In this document: positions 47,387 to 57,150 of the stretch, one piece after another
Layout of the letters: each line of letters starts with the position of its first letter
How positions within the stretch are numbered: the stretch's first letter is position 1
Origin: Minisyncoccota bacterium
GTDB lineage: Bacteria > Patescibacteriota > Minisyncoccia > JAHIHE01 > JAGLIN01
Direction: 5' to 3'
DNA length: 64,000 nucleotides
Assembly: GCA_023142995.1 (NCBI GenBank)
Contig: JAGLIM010000024.1
Location: 6,071-70,070, forward strand
Made by a program: the position numbers and the translations under genes
Notes under the pieces: generated by a model
Told to the model about the DNA's origin: nothing
Database searches by the model: none
What the model saw: only the letters and a program-made list of their open reading frames with translations

Positions 47387-47707
47387 ATGTTTTGGAGACA
47401 TAGATCAGGAAAAGACGGCAAAGATAAGTTTGGAAGAACTTTTGACGAGGCATGGCGAGAGCATGCTTCGTGGTGTCTTGATACATTTAAAAAGAATGAG
47501 CCTGATGACATAGCGAAAATGAATTATATTTTCAATAATTCTCCAACGCATGTAGGATGTCCTGCCGAACTTAGAAAACACTTATCAGGCAATGCGGTAT
47601 ATAATGCCTATCTTGAAATAAAAATGCATTTTAAATCATTTAAAAAATATTACACTCAAGAGGAGATTGACTCAATAAGCTACTATTTTGAAGATAATAC
47701 AGAATAA
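47387..47707 (+). CDS. hypothetical protein
   Basis: 106-aa ORF. Confidence 0.4.
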   Translation: MFWRHRSGKDGKDKFGRTFDEAWREHASWCLDTFKKNEPDDIAKMNYIFNNSPTHVGCPAELRKHLSGNAVYNAYLEIKMHFKSFKKYYTQEEIDSISYYFEDNTE

Positions 47708-48276
47708 AATTTATATGGAATTAGCAAGTAAACTATAAATTTTAACTAATTTACGTGAAAAGTAATAACAAGTAAGTTTTTTGTATAAAAAATAATGTTA
47801 ACTAATGTTAAGTTTTTGTAAAAAGTAAGCTAAAGCAAGCTTCTTTTTTTGTGAATAATCAGTTCAAGTCAATTTCTCTAATTTTCAGGCTATATAGATT
47901 ATTTGAGCTTATTCTTTACTAAAAGGGTAAGATTGAATTATAGTCAAAAATCAAGGTACGCCTTAAAAATTGACGATTTAAGGGCGTATTGTTTGTGTAT
48001 AAATAAATAAATTATAGCAAAAGAACCTAAACATAAAAAATCAAAAAAACTTAAAAAGCATTGAGGAAACTCTATGGGATTCTGCGACTAAGCTTCGTGG
48101 TACAGTTGAGTCGTCTGATCATGGTATTTATAAGAAAAATTGTATTTGAAAAAATAGAGAAAGCAATACCTCGCTTATTTAGAAAGATATTTAAAACAGT
48201 TGTATTGACATTATTATTGGTTATACAAAATAACGCTCAAAGGCGTTATTTTGTATATGCAGAAAATTTTATCTAT

Positions 48277-48305
48277 TGACATATTATATTACATGGTATA
48301 GTATT
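48277..48305 (+). promoter_or_regulatory. sigma70-like promoter of higBA (TTGACA-17-TAGTAT)
   Basis: TTGACA at 48277. Confidence 0.4.
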
Positions 48306-48345
48306 ACCAATATGGGAATATATATAAATGTAACTTGTAATAAGC

Positions 48346-48633
48346 ATGAAGCTAGTGGGAAGAAAAATACTGTACGATTACAAAGAAAAACACTCTGATT
48401 CTAAATTACATATTGCGTCATGGGAAGCTGAAGTTGAAGAAGCTCAATGGAATACTCCACATGAGCTTAAGCTTAGGTATCCTAAAGCCAGTATTTTAGG
48501 AAATTTACGAGTAGTTTTTGATATTTGTGGGAATAGGTATAGGTTATTGACTATAGTTAATTATAAAAACCAAATAGTATTTGTAGAAAAAATTGGTACA
48601 CATAAGGAATATGATAAATGGAAATTAGGTTAA
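48346..48633 (+). CDS. higB: type II toxin HigB (RelE/ParE superfamily)
   Basis: VVFDICGNRYRLLTIVNYKNQIVFVEKIGTHKEYDK matches the HigB core (ViDv.GN..RLI..i.f....i.vk.I..H.EYDK). Confidence 0.7.
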   Translation: MKLVGRKILYDYKEKHSDSKLHIASWEAEVEEAQWNTPHELKLRYPKASILGNLRVVFDICGNRYRLLTIVNYKNQIVFVEKIGTHKEYDKWKLG

Positions 48634-48637
48634 AAAT

Positions 48638-49861
48638 ATGAGTAAAATAAAAGTTATAAAAACTGAAAAAGATTATAAAGAAGCACTCGAATTACTTGAA
48701 GTGCTAATGATTCGTGATCCAGATCCTGATTCAGATGAGGGTGAACAGCTTGCTGTACTTAGTACTCTTATTCGAGATTATGAATCACAATCTTTTCCTA
48801 AAACACTTCCTGGCCCTATTGATGCTATTAAATTCAGAATGGAGCAAGCCAATCTGACGCCAGTGGACCTAATTCCATATATTGGGAGTAGAAGTAGAGT
48901 GTCGGAGATTTTGTCTGGTAAACGTCAACTCACTATGCAGATGGTGAGGGCAATAGAAACTGGTTTGGGGATTCCAGCTAAAGTTCTTATAAGGAAGCCT
49001 GAAATTGAAGAGAATACGGATATTGATTTAGAATATCAAGCATGGGATAATTGTCTCGTTTCTGAAATGGAATCACGAGGATATTTTGATAGTAGTTCAT
49101 TGAAGAAAAATATCAAGGCGGAATTGTTAAAAAATTTCTTTTCCCGAATGGGACCGCAAGCTCGAATTGTTGGAATGTTGCGTAAATCAAACTATAGATC
49201 ATCGCCCCTTACAGATAAACGAGCTTTAACTGCTTGGTCTACTCGAGTTATTCAGAAAGCAGGGGGTATAAAAGTTTCAAAAAAATATAAAGATGGAACT
49301 GTTACACCTGTTTTTATGCAAAATATTGTAAAATTAAGCGTAGAAGAAGACGGAGTTTTATTAGTTCAAAAATATCTAAAAAAATATGGAATTTTATTAA
49401 TCATTGAACCTCATTTTTCTAAAACTTACTTAGATGGAGCAGCAATTTTTGTAAATAAGGATAACCCGATTATTGGTTTAACCATAAGATATGATCGATT
49501 AGATAATTTTTGGTTCACATTAATGCATGAATTGGCACATATCTCTCTTCACTATAATGAAGATATTAGTCTTTTTTATGACGAAATTGAAGGAGTTACG
49601 ATTGATATAGACGATAAGGAAAAAGAGGCAGATGCATTAGCAGAAGAGTCATTATTACCTAGGGCAAAATGGGAAGTTAGTCCCGCTAGACTAATTCCTT
49701 CTTCTATGGCAGCAAATAGTTTAGCAAAAGAACTTGGTGTACATGTAGTAATAATTGCTGGCCAAATTAGACATAAAGGAAATAAGTACATCTATTTAAA
49801 TAAAATAATTAACAAAGAGAAAGTAAGGCATTACTTTTCTAATGAGAAATGGAATAAATAA
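48638..49861 (+). CDS. higA: HigA-like XRE-HTH antitoxin fused to ImmA/IrrE-type zinc metallopeptidase domain
   Basis: HTH SRSRVSEILSGKRQLTMQMVRAIETGLGIPAKVL. HExxH FTLMHELAHISLH in the C-terminal domain. Confidence 0.65.
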   Translation: MSKIKVIKTEKDYKEALELLEVLMIRDPDPDSDEGEQLAVLSTLIRDYESQSFPKTLPGPIDAIKFRMEQANLTPVDLIPYIGSRSRVSEILSGKRQLTMQMVRAIETGLGIPAKVLIRKPEIEENTDIDLEYQAWDNCLVSEMESRGYFDSSSLKKNIKAELLKNFFSRMGPQARIVGMLRKSNYRSSPLTDKRALTAWSTRVIQKAGGIKVSKKYKDGTVTPVFMQNIVKLSVEEDGVLLVQKYLKKYGILLIIEPHFSKTYLDGAAIFVNKDNPIIGLTIRYDRLDNFWFTLMHELAHISLHYNEDISLFYDEIEGVTIDIDDKEKEADALAEESLLPRAKWEVSPARLIPSSMAANSLAKELGVHVVIIAGQIRHKGNKYIYLNKIINKEKVRHYFSNEKWNK

Positions 49862-50948
49862 TATGTTTGATTTAAAACACTACGTACCAATATTGAAATG
49901 GAAGCGGGCCGAACAAGGTGCCCTAGCTGCTTTAAGCGTGGAACATAAAAAAAATATTACTCCGTTAATTCAGTTTGTTATGCCTAACCAAAAGAAAGAA
50001 GAACAACTCAAAGACGTTGTTCAAAGATTTACAGAGCAAATTTATCAAATTCCCGATAAAATTGGAGAGGTTTGGGGTAATACGCCTATTTTTGTCGATT
50101 TTAGCTTGCTGTTTACAACTGAGCTTAAAATTAAAAGTCTTAAATATATTTTAAAAGAAGGAAGAGATCCTGGAATTACTTTAATTCCGGTTATACATCT
50201 TAATGATGATAGTAAAATAAAAAAAGTTGCTTATTCGTTGTCGAAAGAAAATGGAAGTGGTTTATGTTTGCGAATAATTTGTTCAGACTTTTCTGATTTA
50301 ATGAAATTCAATAAAGATGTCGCAGATATACTTTCAGTATCTGGATTGTCAGAAAAAGATATAGATTTATTGGTAGACATAAAAGAAATAGAAGAAAAAG
50401 ATAATAAATGCGCTAAATATTTTGCGTTGGGGCAGAAAATTAATAATTTATCAAAGTGGAGAACTTTTACTTTTGCCAGTGGCGCTTTCCTTAAGGATTT
50501 ATCTAATTGTAAATTCGATGAAGAAAACCATATATTACGTCTTGATTGGGAAAATTGGAAGGATAAAATTACAAACCAGAAGTTGAATAGAAAGCCATCA
50601 TTTGCTGACTACACAATTCAGTATCCTATTTATGAAAATATTTCGCAATTTTTTCATCCAACCACAAGCATTAAATATACTTTAGAGAATGAATGGTTGA
50701 TTATGAAAGGGAAAAAGCAAAAATTTGAATTATATTTGGCCAGTGCCGCTGAGCTAGTAAAGGATAATAGATTTTATGGAGAAAATTTTAGCTTTGGTGA
50801 CAAATATATTGCTGACAAAGCAAGACATTTTATGGTATATATAAAAAATCCTGCAATCAAAGGTACAGGAAGCACTGAAACGTGGTTAAAGGCTGGAATT
50901 AATCACCATTTAGTATTAACGGCGAATCAGGTCGCCAGTTTACCCTAA
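49842..50948 (+). CDS. hypothetical protein, possibly sce7725-like partner of the convergent PD-(D/E)xK gene
   Basis: 368-aa ORF. Its 3' end overlaps the 3' end of the minus-strand gene by ~50 bp. Confidence 0.45.
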   Translation: MRNGINNMFDLKHYVPILKWKRAEQGALAALSVEHKKNITPLIQFVMPNQKKEEQLKDVVQRFTEQIYQIPDKIGEVWGNTPIFVDFSLLFTTELKIKSLKYILKEGRDPGITLIPVIHLNDDSKIKKVAYSLSKENGSGLCLRIICSDFSDLMKFNKDVADILSVSGLSEKDIDLLVDIKEIEEKDNKCAKYFALGQKINNLSKWRTFTFASGAFLKDLSNCKFDEENHILRLDWENWKDKITNQKLNRKPSFADYTIQYPIYENISQFFHPTTSIKYTLENEWLIMKGKKQKFELYLASAAELVKDNRFYGENFSFGDKYIADKARHFMVYIKNPAIKGTGSTETWLKAGINHHLVLTANQVASLP

Positions 50949-51513
50949 AGAATATTTTTTCTCTTACTTTGTTTCCAAGAGTTTGCTGATCAAAAACTGT
51001 TGATAATTTTTGATAAATTACATCTCTTGGTTTTGAATACATTCCCTTAGCTTCATTTATTTCTTCTAAAAGTATTAGTGCTTCTTCTTTCCATAAAAGC
51101 CTTGCAACAGAAACTCTGTCTTGATCTTTATTATATTCTTCTTCTCTAATACGGTTAAACATAACTGAACCATTTGTATTAATTTTTGCTAGAATAATAC
51201 CCCACCAACTTGGTGCCATTTTTATAGTATCATATAGATGACTTTTACCAACAACTAAAGTAATCTTATTAAATACTGAATTATAGATTTCAATTTGATT
51301 CGGCAGTCTTTGTAAAGTATCTTGATCACTTTTTATTTCATAGCCGTGCATGATTCCATTGACAACTGCAATATCAATTCTGGCGTTACCATGTTGAACA
51401 CCCATTTCTTCAATTATCCTTACTCTTCTATCATTTAAATGACGTTTTTTTAGAATTTCCCTGAGAACTGAGCGTATCATTATATCGTTTGTAGAAATTG
51501 TTTCGTGAGACAT
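50899..51513 (-). CDS. PD-(D/E)xK nuclease-fold protein (sce7726-like)
   Basis: GNARIDIAVVNGIMHGYEIKSDQDTLQRL = D...(E)IK restriction-endonuclease-like core. Confidence 0.5.
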   Translation of the reverse strand: MSHETISTNDIMIRSVLREILKKRHLNDRRVRIIEEMGVQHGNARIDIAVVNGIMHGYEIKSDQDTLQRLPNQIEIYNSVFNKITLVVGKSHLYDTIKMAPSWWGIILAKINTNGSVMFNRIREEEYNKDQDRVSVARLLWKEEALILLEEINEAKGMYSKPRDVIYQKLSTVFDQQTLGNKVREKIFFRVNWRPDSPLILNGD

Positions 51514-51645
51514 ATAAATTTATCTTTATAGTTATTTATATATAAATAAGCTTACTTATATTTTATCATAAATTCGACAATAAAAGAACAGCGCCTTATT
51601 TAATTAAAATCTAATAATTATTAATATGTTCAATAAATCTATATT

Positions 51646-52008
51646 ATGAATCAAGCTCAAATTCCTCCTGAATTTTGGTATCAATCGCTACAAGCTCTAG
51701 GCGAGGGACCAAAAATACTAGCTTCAATTCTAATGGAAACAACAAAACAATTATTGTCGTCTTATTGGCAATGTATTTTATTTCTCATATTATTTACAGC
51801 ACTAATAAAAATTTTAGCGGGTAAAATTGGTAGTTTGATATATAATTTAATTTATTTTGGAATTTTATTTGTAATAATAGCAATAAGCGGATTTGAAATA
51901 TTATTTAATCCTTATTTTGATATTCTTTATTTGTTATTTCGTCCTGTTTCATTTTTTTTGACGGGGTGTATATTGGATAAATTGAAGCCGAGACATGGAA
52001 TTTATTGA
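51646..52008 (+). CDS. small hypothetical membrane protein
   Basis: Three hydrophobic segments. Confidence 0.35.
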   Translation: MNQAQIPPEFWYQSLQALGEGPKILASILMETTKQLLSSYWQCILFLILFTALIKILAGKIGSLIYNLIYFGILFVIIAISGFEILFNPYFDILYLLFRPVSFFLTGCILDKLKPRHGIY

Positions 52009-52044
52009 AGGATATAATTGATTATAATTCATTGAATCATCAAA

Positions 52045-52548
52045 ATGAAAACAAAGATCACAGTTATCAAAGATGATATAACAAAACTCAAAGTTGATGC
52101 TATTGTTAATGCAGCCAACAAAACTTTATTGGGTGGTGGAGGAGTTGATGGCGCGATTCATAATGAGGCCGGACCTAAATTACTAGAAGAGTGTAAAACA
52201 CTTGGTGGTTGCGAAGTGGGTGAGGCGAAAATAACAAAGGGATATAATTTACCTGCAAAATATATCATCCACACAGTCGGTCCGATTCATGGCCATGAAG
52301 ACGGAAAAGAGGATTCTTTACTTTTTTCTTGTTATAAAAATAGTTTAATGATTGCGAAGGAAAAAGACATTAAAACAATCGCTTTCTCTTGTATATCAAC
52401 AGGAGTCTTCAGGTTTCCAAAGGACAAAGCAGCAGAAATCGCCATGGGTACTGTAAAAAGTTTTATTCAAGAATATCCAGATGTATTCGAAGAGATTACA
52501 TTCGTGACTTTCTCGGAATCGGATTTTGATATTTATAAAGAAAACTAA
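52045..52548 (+). CDS. macro-domain protein (ADP-ribose binding / O-acetyl-ADP-ribose deacetylase family)
   Basis: [23 protein letters not shown]...[15 protein letters not shown]. Confidence 0.85.
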   Translation: MKTKITVIKDDITKLKVDAIVNAANKTLLGGGGVDGAIHNEAGPKLLEECKTLGGCEVGEAKITKGYNLPAKYIIHTVGPIHGHEDGKEDSLLFSCYKNSLMIAKEKDIKTIAFSCISTGVFRFPKDKAAEIAMGTVKSFIQEYPDVFEEITFVTFSESDFDIYKEN

Positions 52549-52628
52549 AATTATCAAAAAAGCTTTCTTGTGAAGTTTTTAAGTTATTATGAATGTGAGA
52601 ATAATTTAAATTATATTAACCTAAAAAG

Positions 52629-53972
52629 ATGTTCAATAAACCTATATCACAATTAAATTTGGAAGATATTCAAATACTCATTGATAATCAGGAAAAGGAA
52701 AGTTTGATCTTGGAATACAAACAAGAATTAACTGGAAACGATAAAGAGAAGAAAGAAATATCCAAAGATGTTTCTGCTATAGCTAACACCTGTGGCGGTT
52801 ATTTAATTATTGGTATAGAAGAGGAGGACGGGAAGGCTGCTTCAATATCTGGAACACAAGGGAAAATTGGCAGACAACCGGTTGAGGAATGGATTGAAAG
52901 TGTTCTTATCTCTAATGTCCGACCAAGATTAACAATTACTCCAAAAATTATAAGTATTGAAGCTGATCGTGATAAAGTAGTTGTAGTTATTCATATTCCA
53001 CAAAGCACTAGACGACCACATATGGTTACAATTGGTGGCAAGAACGCATATTATAGACGTCATAATTATCAAGCGACTTATGCTGATGAACATGAGGTTC
53101 GATCAATGTTTTTGGAAAACAAAAGCTCAAGTGATGAAATGAATATATTTTTGAATACACGTAATCTTATAGATTCTTCGAAAGATAATTTTGCTATTAC
53201 ACCATTATCCTCTTTGCTATTAAAATCCTTAAGAGAGACAAGAGAGCTTCCAGAGGGATTTAGTGGTGATCCTTTTGTTTTATTTTCAGCTTGTCCTCGA
53301 TACCTAGAAGAACGGGTTGATATTGCTTCAACGGATTTTCGGTCATGGCTTGATGAAAATGACAAGATAAACCTTTTTGATCTTGATATTGATTTTTTGG
53401 ATTATAACAAAGTAATTTCTGCGGACAGTATCCGTTCTTTAACCGAAGTACAAAGCGAGAAAAGAGAAGATAGATTGCCCTACAGATATGTTGAAATATT
53501 TCGAAATGGATATATAGAAAACGGCATAAGCAATGAACTAATGTGGTCTAATAACAAAATGGGACTTATGTTTCAGATTGCCTATTTTACAGCTTCTTTT
53601 TGGTTGTTCATGAAGTTTATTAAAAATATGTATGAACACATAGAATATATTGATGAAGTTAATTTGATAGTCGCGTTGTCTGATATTGATAATGTAACAC
53701 TTCATGGTTTTGGTAATAAAAATGAAAATACAAAATGGGCTAATCCTTACGATGTGTTTCATACGTCAAATATACCAACATGTAAACAGAAAAACGTAAA
53801 GATAGAAAGAAATATTGTAATAGCTGAGTTAAATGATGAATACATAGAAGAAATTGTAAAAGAAGTTTCAAGAAGAGTATCTAACGCTTTCGGGGAAAGC
53901 ATAGCAAAATGTTTTGATGATCAGGGTGTTTTTAATCGTGATCAACTAAGGGGTTTTAGAAATGTTCAATAA
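52629..53972 (+). CDS. AlbA_2 (Schlafen-like) domain protein with C-terminal domain of unknown function
   Basis: N-terminal ESLILEYKQEL...DVSAIANTCGGYLIIGIEEEDGK matches the AlbA_2 / divergent AAA_4 signature. Confidence 0.55.
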   Translation: MFNKPISQLNLEDIQILIDNQEKESLILEYKQELTGNDKEKKEISKDVSAIANTCGGYLIIGIEEEDGKAASISGTQGKIGRQPVEEWIESVLISNVRPRLTITPKIISIEADRDKVVVVIHIPQSTRRPHMVTIGGKNAYYRRHNYQATYADEHEVRSMFLENKSSSDEMNIFLNTRNLIDSSKDNFAITPLSSLLLKSLRETRELPEGFSGDPFVLFSACPRYLEERVDIASTDFRSWLDENDKINLFDLDIDFLDYNKVISADSIRSLTEVQSEKREDRLPYRYVEIFRNGYIENGISNELMWSNNKMGLMFQIAYFTASFWLFMKFIKNMYEHIEYIDEVNLIVALSDIDNVTLHGFGNKNENTKWANPYDVFHTSNIPTCKQKNVKIERNIVIAELNDEYIEEIVKEVSRRVSNAFGESIAKCFDDQGVFNRDQLRGFRNVQ

Positions 53973-54084
53973 ACTAAATCTGTTCTTGTGCAGATAGATT
54001 TGAGATATGAATATATTCATCCGTGCACACAATGCGGAGAAATAAGATAAAATTTATCAAAATATTATAATAAAAAATAACACG

Positions 54085-54276
54085 ATGATTTCCGAGGAAC
54101 AACTTAAAAAATACAAAGATATTTACAGAAAGAAATTTGGTAAGGAAATATCAGATCAAGAAGCGCTAGAGCAAGGAACAAAATTGATTAGTCTTATGGA
54201 AATTATATATAAACCAATAACTAAGAATAAATTTAAAGCAGTTCAAAAAAGGAGAAGAGAAACAGGTGATATATAG
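54085..54276 (+). CDS. small basic hypothetical protein
   Basis: 63-aa ORF. Confidence 0.25.
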   Translation: MISEEQLKKYKDIYRKKFGKEISDQEALEQGTKLISLMEIIYKPITKNKFKAVQKRRRETGDI

Positions 54277-54705
54277 TTACGAAGTAAAAAAGCAGAATAT
54301 TAAGCACAAACAAGCTTATCCAACTCCTTTATTCCTACATCCCATTTCTTAATATCTACTAATAAGGGGTTTGAACTCTCAATGCTAGGGTGTACTAGTT
54401 CAGAAAGTGGCTCTTGAAACAAAATTTGGGAGCTACCTTTTTTTATTTAAAATCTTTTAAAATGTTATCCATTAATGTGTTCTAAGTGTAAAATAGGTCA
54501 GAATGTGTTAATATGATTATAAAGAAATTTTAAAAAACTTTGATTTATGCTCTTTCGTTTTTATACTCCTCCGCTTTTAAAATTCTAATCTTGTTATTTT
54601 AAGATAATATCTCTTTGTCTAAAGATTGGTTGATTCTTAATATAGACTTGCGGCGTATTATATAAAATTATTTAAATAAATGAGTATAGATCTGTAATTA
54701 TTGCT

Positions 54706-54828
54706 ATAAATGTCACAATTAGCCATTGAAAATGTCGCAATTAAATGCCTTATTTCAAAGGTTAAACCGATTTTATTGTATATAATGTCACAATTAGCCC
54801 TTGAAAATGTCGCAATTAAATGTTAGAC
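54706..54828 (+). repeat. two ~40-bp direct repeats, each an internal TGTC(A/G)CAATTA dyad: candidate operator of the Fic-HTH gene
   Basis: aatgtcacaattagcc.ttgaaaatgtcgcaattaaatg at 54709 and 54788, ending 8 nt before the ATG. Confidence 0.5.
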
Positions 54829-54835
54829 TATTAAT

Positions 54836-55888
54836 ATGGAATCTCTAAATAAAAGACAAGAATATATTAAAGAATATATTAAAAATAAAAAAGAAACCCA
54901 AATCAGGGATATTTTAGTGTATATCAAAAATGATTTTAATGTAGATAGAAGAACAGTCATTAGAGATATAGATACATTATTAAGATTAGGATACGTGTCT
55001 AAACAGGGAGCTGGTAGAAGTACTTCTTATTCTATTTCAAACAGATATGATCTTTTAAAAGAGATAGATGTTGAAAAATATTTTTCAATTCCTTTTAATG
55101 AGAGAGAGATAAAAACAAATTTTAATTTTGACATTTTTGACATTTTAAAAGAAAGTGTTTTTTCAGAAGATGAAGAAAAAAAGCTTGCACAATTACATAG
55201 TGGTTTTGTGAAGAATTTTTCACAGTATGATAGTCAAACTCTTATCAATAAGGAATTTGAGAGAATTTTAATAGAATTTTCTTGGAAGTCTTCGCAAATT
55301 GAAGGAAATACTTACTCGCTTCTTAATACTGAACAACTTATTAAAAATAATAAGTTAGATAGGAAAAAGACCAAAAAAGAAACTCAAATGATACTAAATC
55401 ACAAAGACGCGTTTAACGAATCGTTACAAAACAAAAACGTTTTCGTGCGATTATCTCGTGCTAATATTGAGCATATTCATTATCTTTTAACAAAAGATCT
55501 AGATATTCCCAGAAATCTTCGTAAATCATTAGTCAGGATAACTGGCACGAATTACAAACCTCTTGATAATATATATCAAATAGAAGAGGCTCTTCAAATG
55601 ATGATAAAATTGATCAATAATAAAGAAAACTTTTTTGAAAAAGCATTTTTGTCCTTGGTATTGCTTTCATATATTCAAGCGTTTGAAGATGGGAATAAAC
55701 GAACGGCAAGAATGACGGCTAATGCAATTTTGTTATCATATAATTCTATTCCTATATCATATCGGGCAGTTAACGAAATTGAATATAAGAAAGCGAGTTT
55801 ATTGTTCTATGAGGTTAATAACTTATTTCATTTCAAAGATATTTTTTTAAAACAATTTGAATTTGCGGTAGAAAATTATTTTAAATAA
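54836..55888 (+). CDS. Fic/DOC-family protein with N-terminal wHTH; Fic motif degenerate (QAFEDGNKRTAR)
   Basis: HxFx(D/E)GNGRxxR reads QAFEDGNKRTAR, with the catalytic His replaced by Gln. Confidence 0.65.
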   Translation: MESLNKRQEYIKEYIKNKKETQIRDILVYIKNDFNVDRRTVIRDIDTLLRLGYVSKQGAGRSTSYSISNRYDLLKEIDVEKYFSIPFNEREIKTNFNFDIFDILKESVFSEDEEKKLAQLHSGFVKNFSQYDSQTLINKEFERILIEFSWKSSQIEGNTYSLLNTEQLIKNNKLDRKKTKKETQMILNHKDAFNESLQNKNVFVRLSRANIEHIHYLLTKDLDIPRNLRKSLVRITGTNYKPLDNIYQIEEALQMMIKLINNKENFFEKAFLSLVLLSYIQAFEDGNKRTARMTANAILLSYNSIPISYRAVNEIEYKKASLLFYEVNNLFHFKDIFLKQFEFAVENYFK

Positions 55889-55975
55889 TATGATCTAAGT
55901 CTTTTTGTATTGTAGTACGGGACAGGCTTTAGGGTCTGTTTTAAAAATGGAATAAATTCTATTAACTTATTTACT

Positions 55976-56518
55976 ATGAAAATATTCTTAATTGGTCCTG
56001 GCGGTGTTGGTAAAACGACCTGTGGAGCAATTTTGGCGAATTTATTAGGCTATAATTTTATTGATTTGGATAGGGAATTCAATGAACGTATTGCTGATAC
56101 CAGTGATTTCATTGATGCTTATGGACATAAAAAATATTGGCTTATGAATTCAAAACTGTTTTATGAAATTTTAAGCCAATATTCAGGGAACTTTGTTTTT
56201 TCTTTATCTGCTGGATTTTTAGATCATAAGAATATGGATGAATTGACCTTAGAACACAAGCGAACTTTAAAAGAATTAGGAATTTCTGTTTTACTTCTTC
56301 TTTCTGAATCTTTGGATAAAAGTATGAAGATTGTGGTTAAGAGACAGCTCTTGCGAGGTTTTGGCTTAACAAGAGATAGAGAAGAGGTTAGATTTATTCA
56401 ACGCTTTCAAAAATATAAGATTCTTGGAGATATTAAAATATTTTCATACGATAAGCCTGAAACTATAGCTGAACAAATGAAAGATAGAATAGAAATATAT
56501 AATAAGGAGAATAATTAA
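55976..56518 (+). CDS. P-loop kinase (shikimate/adenylate-kinase-like fold)
   Basis: LIGPGGVGKTT Walker A directly after Met. FIDLD motif. Confidence 0.45.
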   Translation: MKIFLIGPGGVGKTTCGAILANLLGYNFIDLDREFNERIADTSDFIDAYGHKKYWLMNSKLFYEILSQYSGNFVFSLSAGFLDHKNMDELTLEHKRTLKELGISVLLLLSESLDKSMKIVVKRQLLRGFGLTRDREEVRFIQRFQKYKILGDIKIFSYDKPETIAEQMKDRIEIYNKENN

Positions 56519-56648
56519 ATAGAGAATATTAAGGATAAATTAGTTTATCTAATTTTTTTGTTTTTTTTAATATTTACTAGTAGGAAATTCAAATATTTCA
56601 TATAATAGCATTGACAAGTTGTAATATTTATGATAATGTTTCAGTATT

Positions 56649-56936
56649 ATGACGTTGAAAGATGAATTGGAAAAAGGATTGGTTGATCGATTGGGATTTT
56701 CGTCTAAAAGTTATTTGCTGGGAATGGCTATCCCAGTATCAGAAGTTTTTGGAGAAACAGAAAGTCCAGAAGAAGTGGCAAATTTGATTATTGATAAGGT
56801 AATCGAAGATATGCCATTGGAGATAAGTAGTATGGGTCCTGATGGGCCTGCAGCATTTTTCCAAAGTTTTAATTATGATTGTCAAAAGGAAGAGATGATC
56901 AAAGTAGCTAAGGAAGTTAAGTCTGCGCAAAAGTAA
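56649..56936 (+). CDS. hypothetical acidic protein
   Basis: 95-aa ORF. Confidence 0.35.
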   Translation: MTLKDELEKGLVDRLGFSSKSYLLGMAIPVSEVFGETESPEEVANLIIDKVIEDMPLEISSMGPDGPAAFFQSFNYDCQKEEMIKVAKEVKSAQK

Positions 56937-57150
56937 AGATAAAAGTGTAGATTGGGGAAATCGTGCTACAGAAAGCCGATTCCTCATTTTTTTATTTAAT
57001 TAATATAAAAGAGCATAGTAGTATATTACTGAATAGCTTTTTAGCTAGAGGACTATTAAAAATGGCTATTAAAAATGGAATTATATTTAATTATTTGATA
57101 TAATAGAGTTATAGAGGAAATAAAATTGAACCTTAACAACGGAGGATGAA

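Larger units (their letters stand above)
37603..54398. mobile_element. putative integrated element at tRNA-Glu (right boundary tentative)
   Basis: Integrase abuts the tRNA 3' end. A replication module (RepA-like helicase, primase zinc-finger) and accessory/defence cargo follow. A degenerate copy of the tRNA 3' end lies at 54361-54398. Confidence 0.4.

Noticed and set aside
48061-48279. ORF 48061-48279 upstream of higB
   Set aside because: It lies in the AT-rich promoter region of the higBA operon and has no SD. It is likely non-coding.
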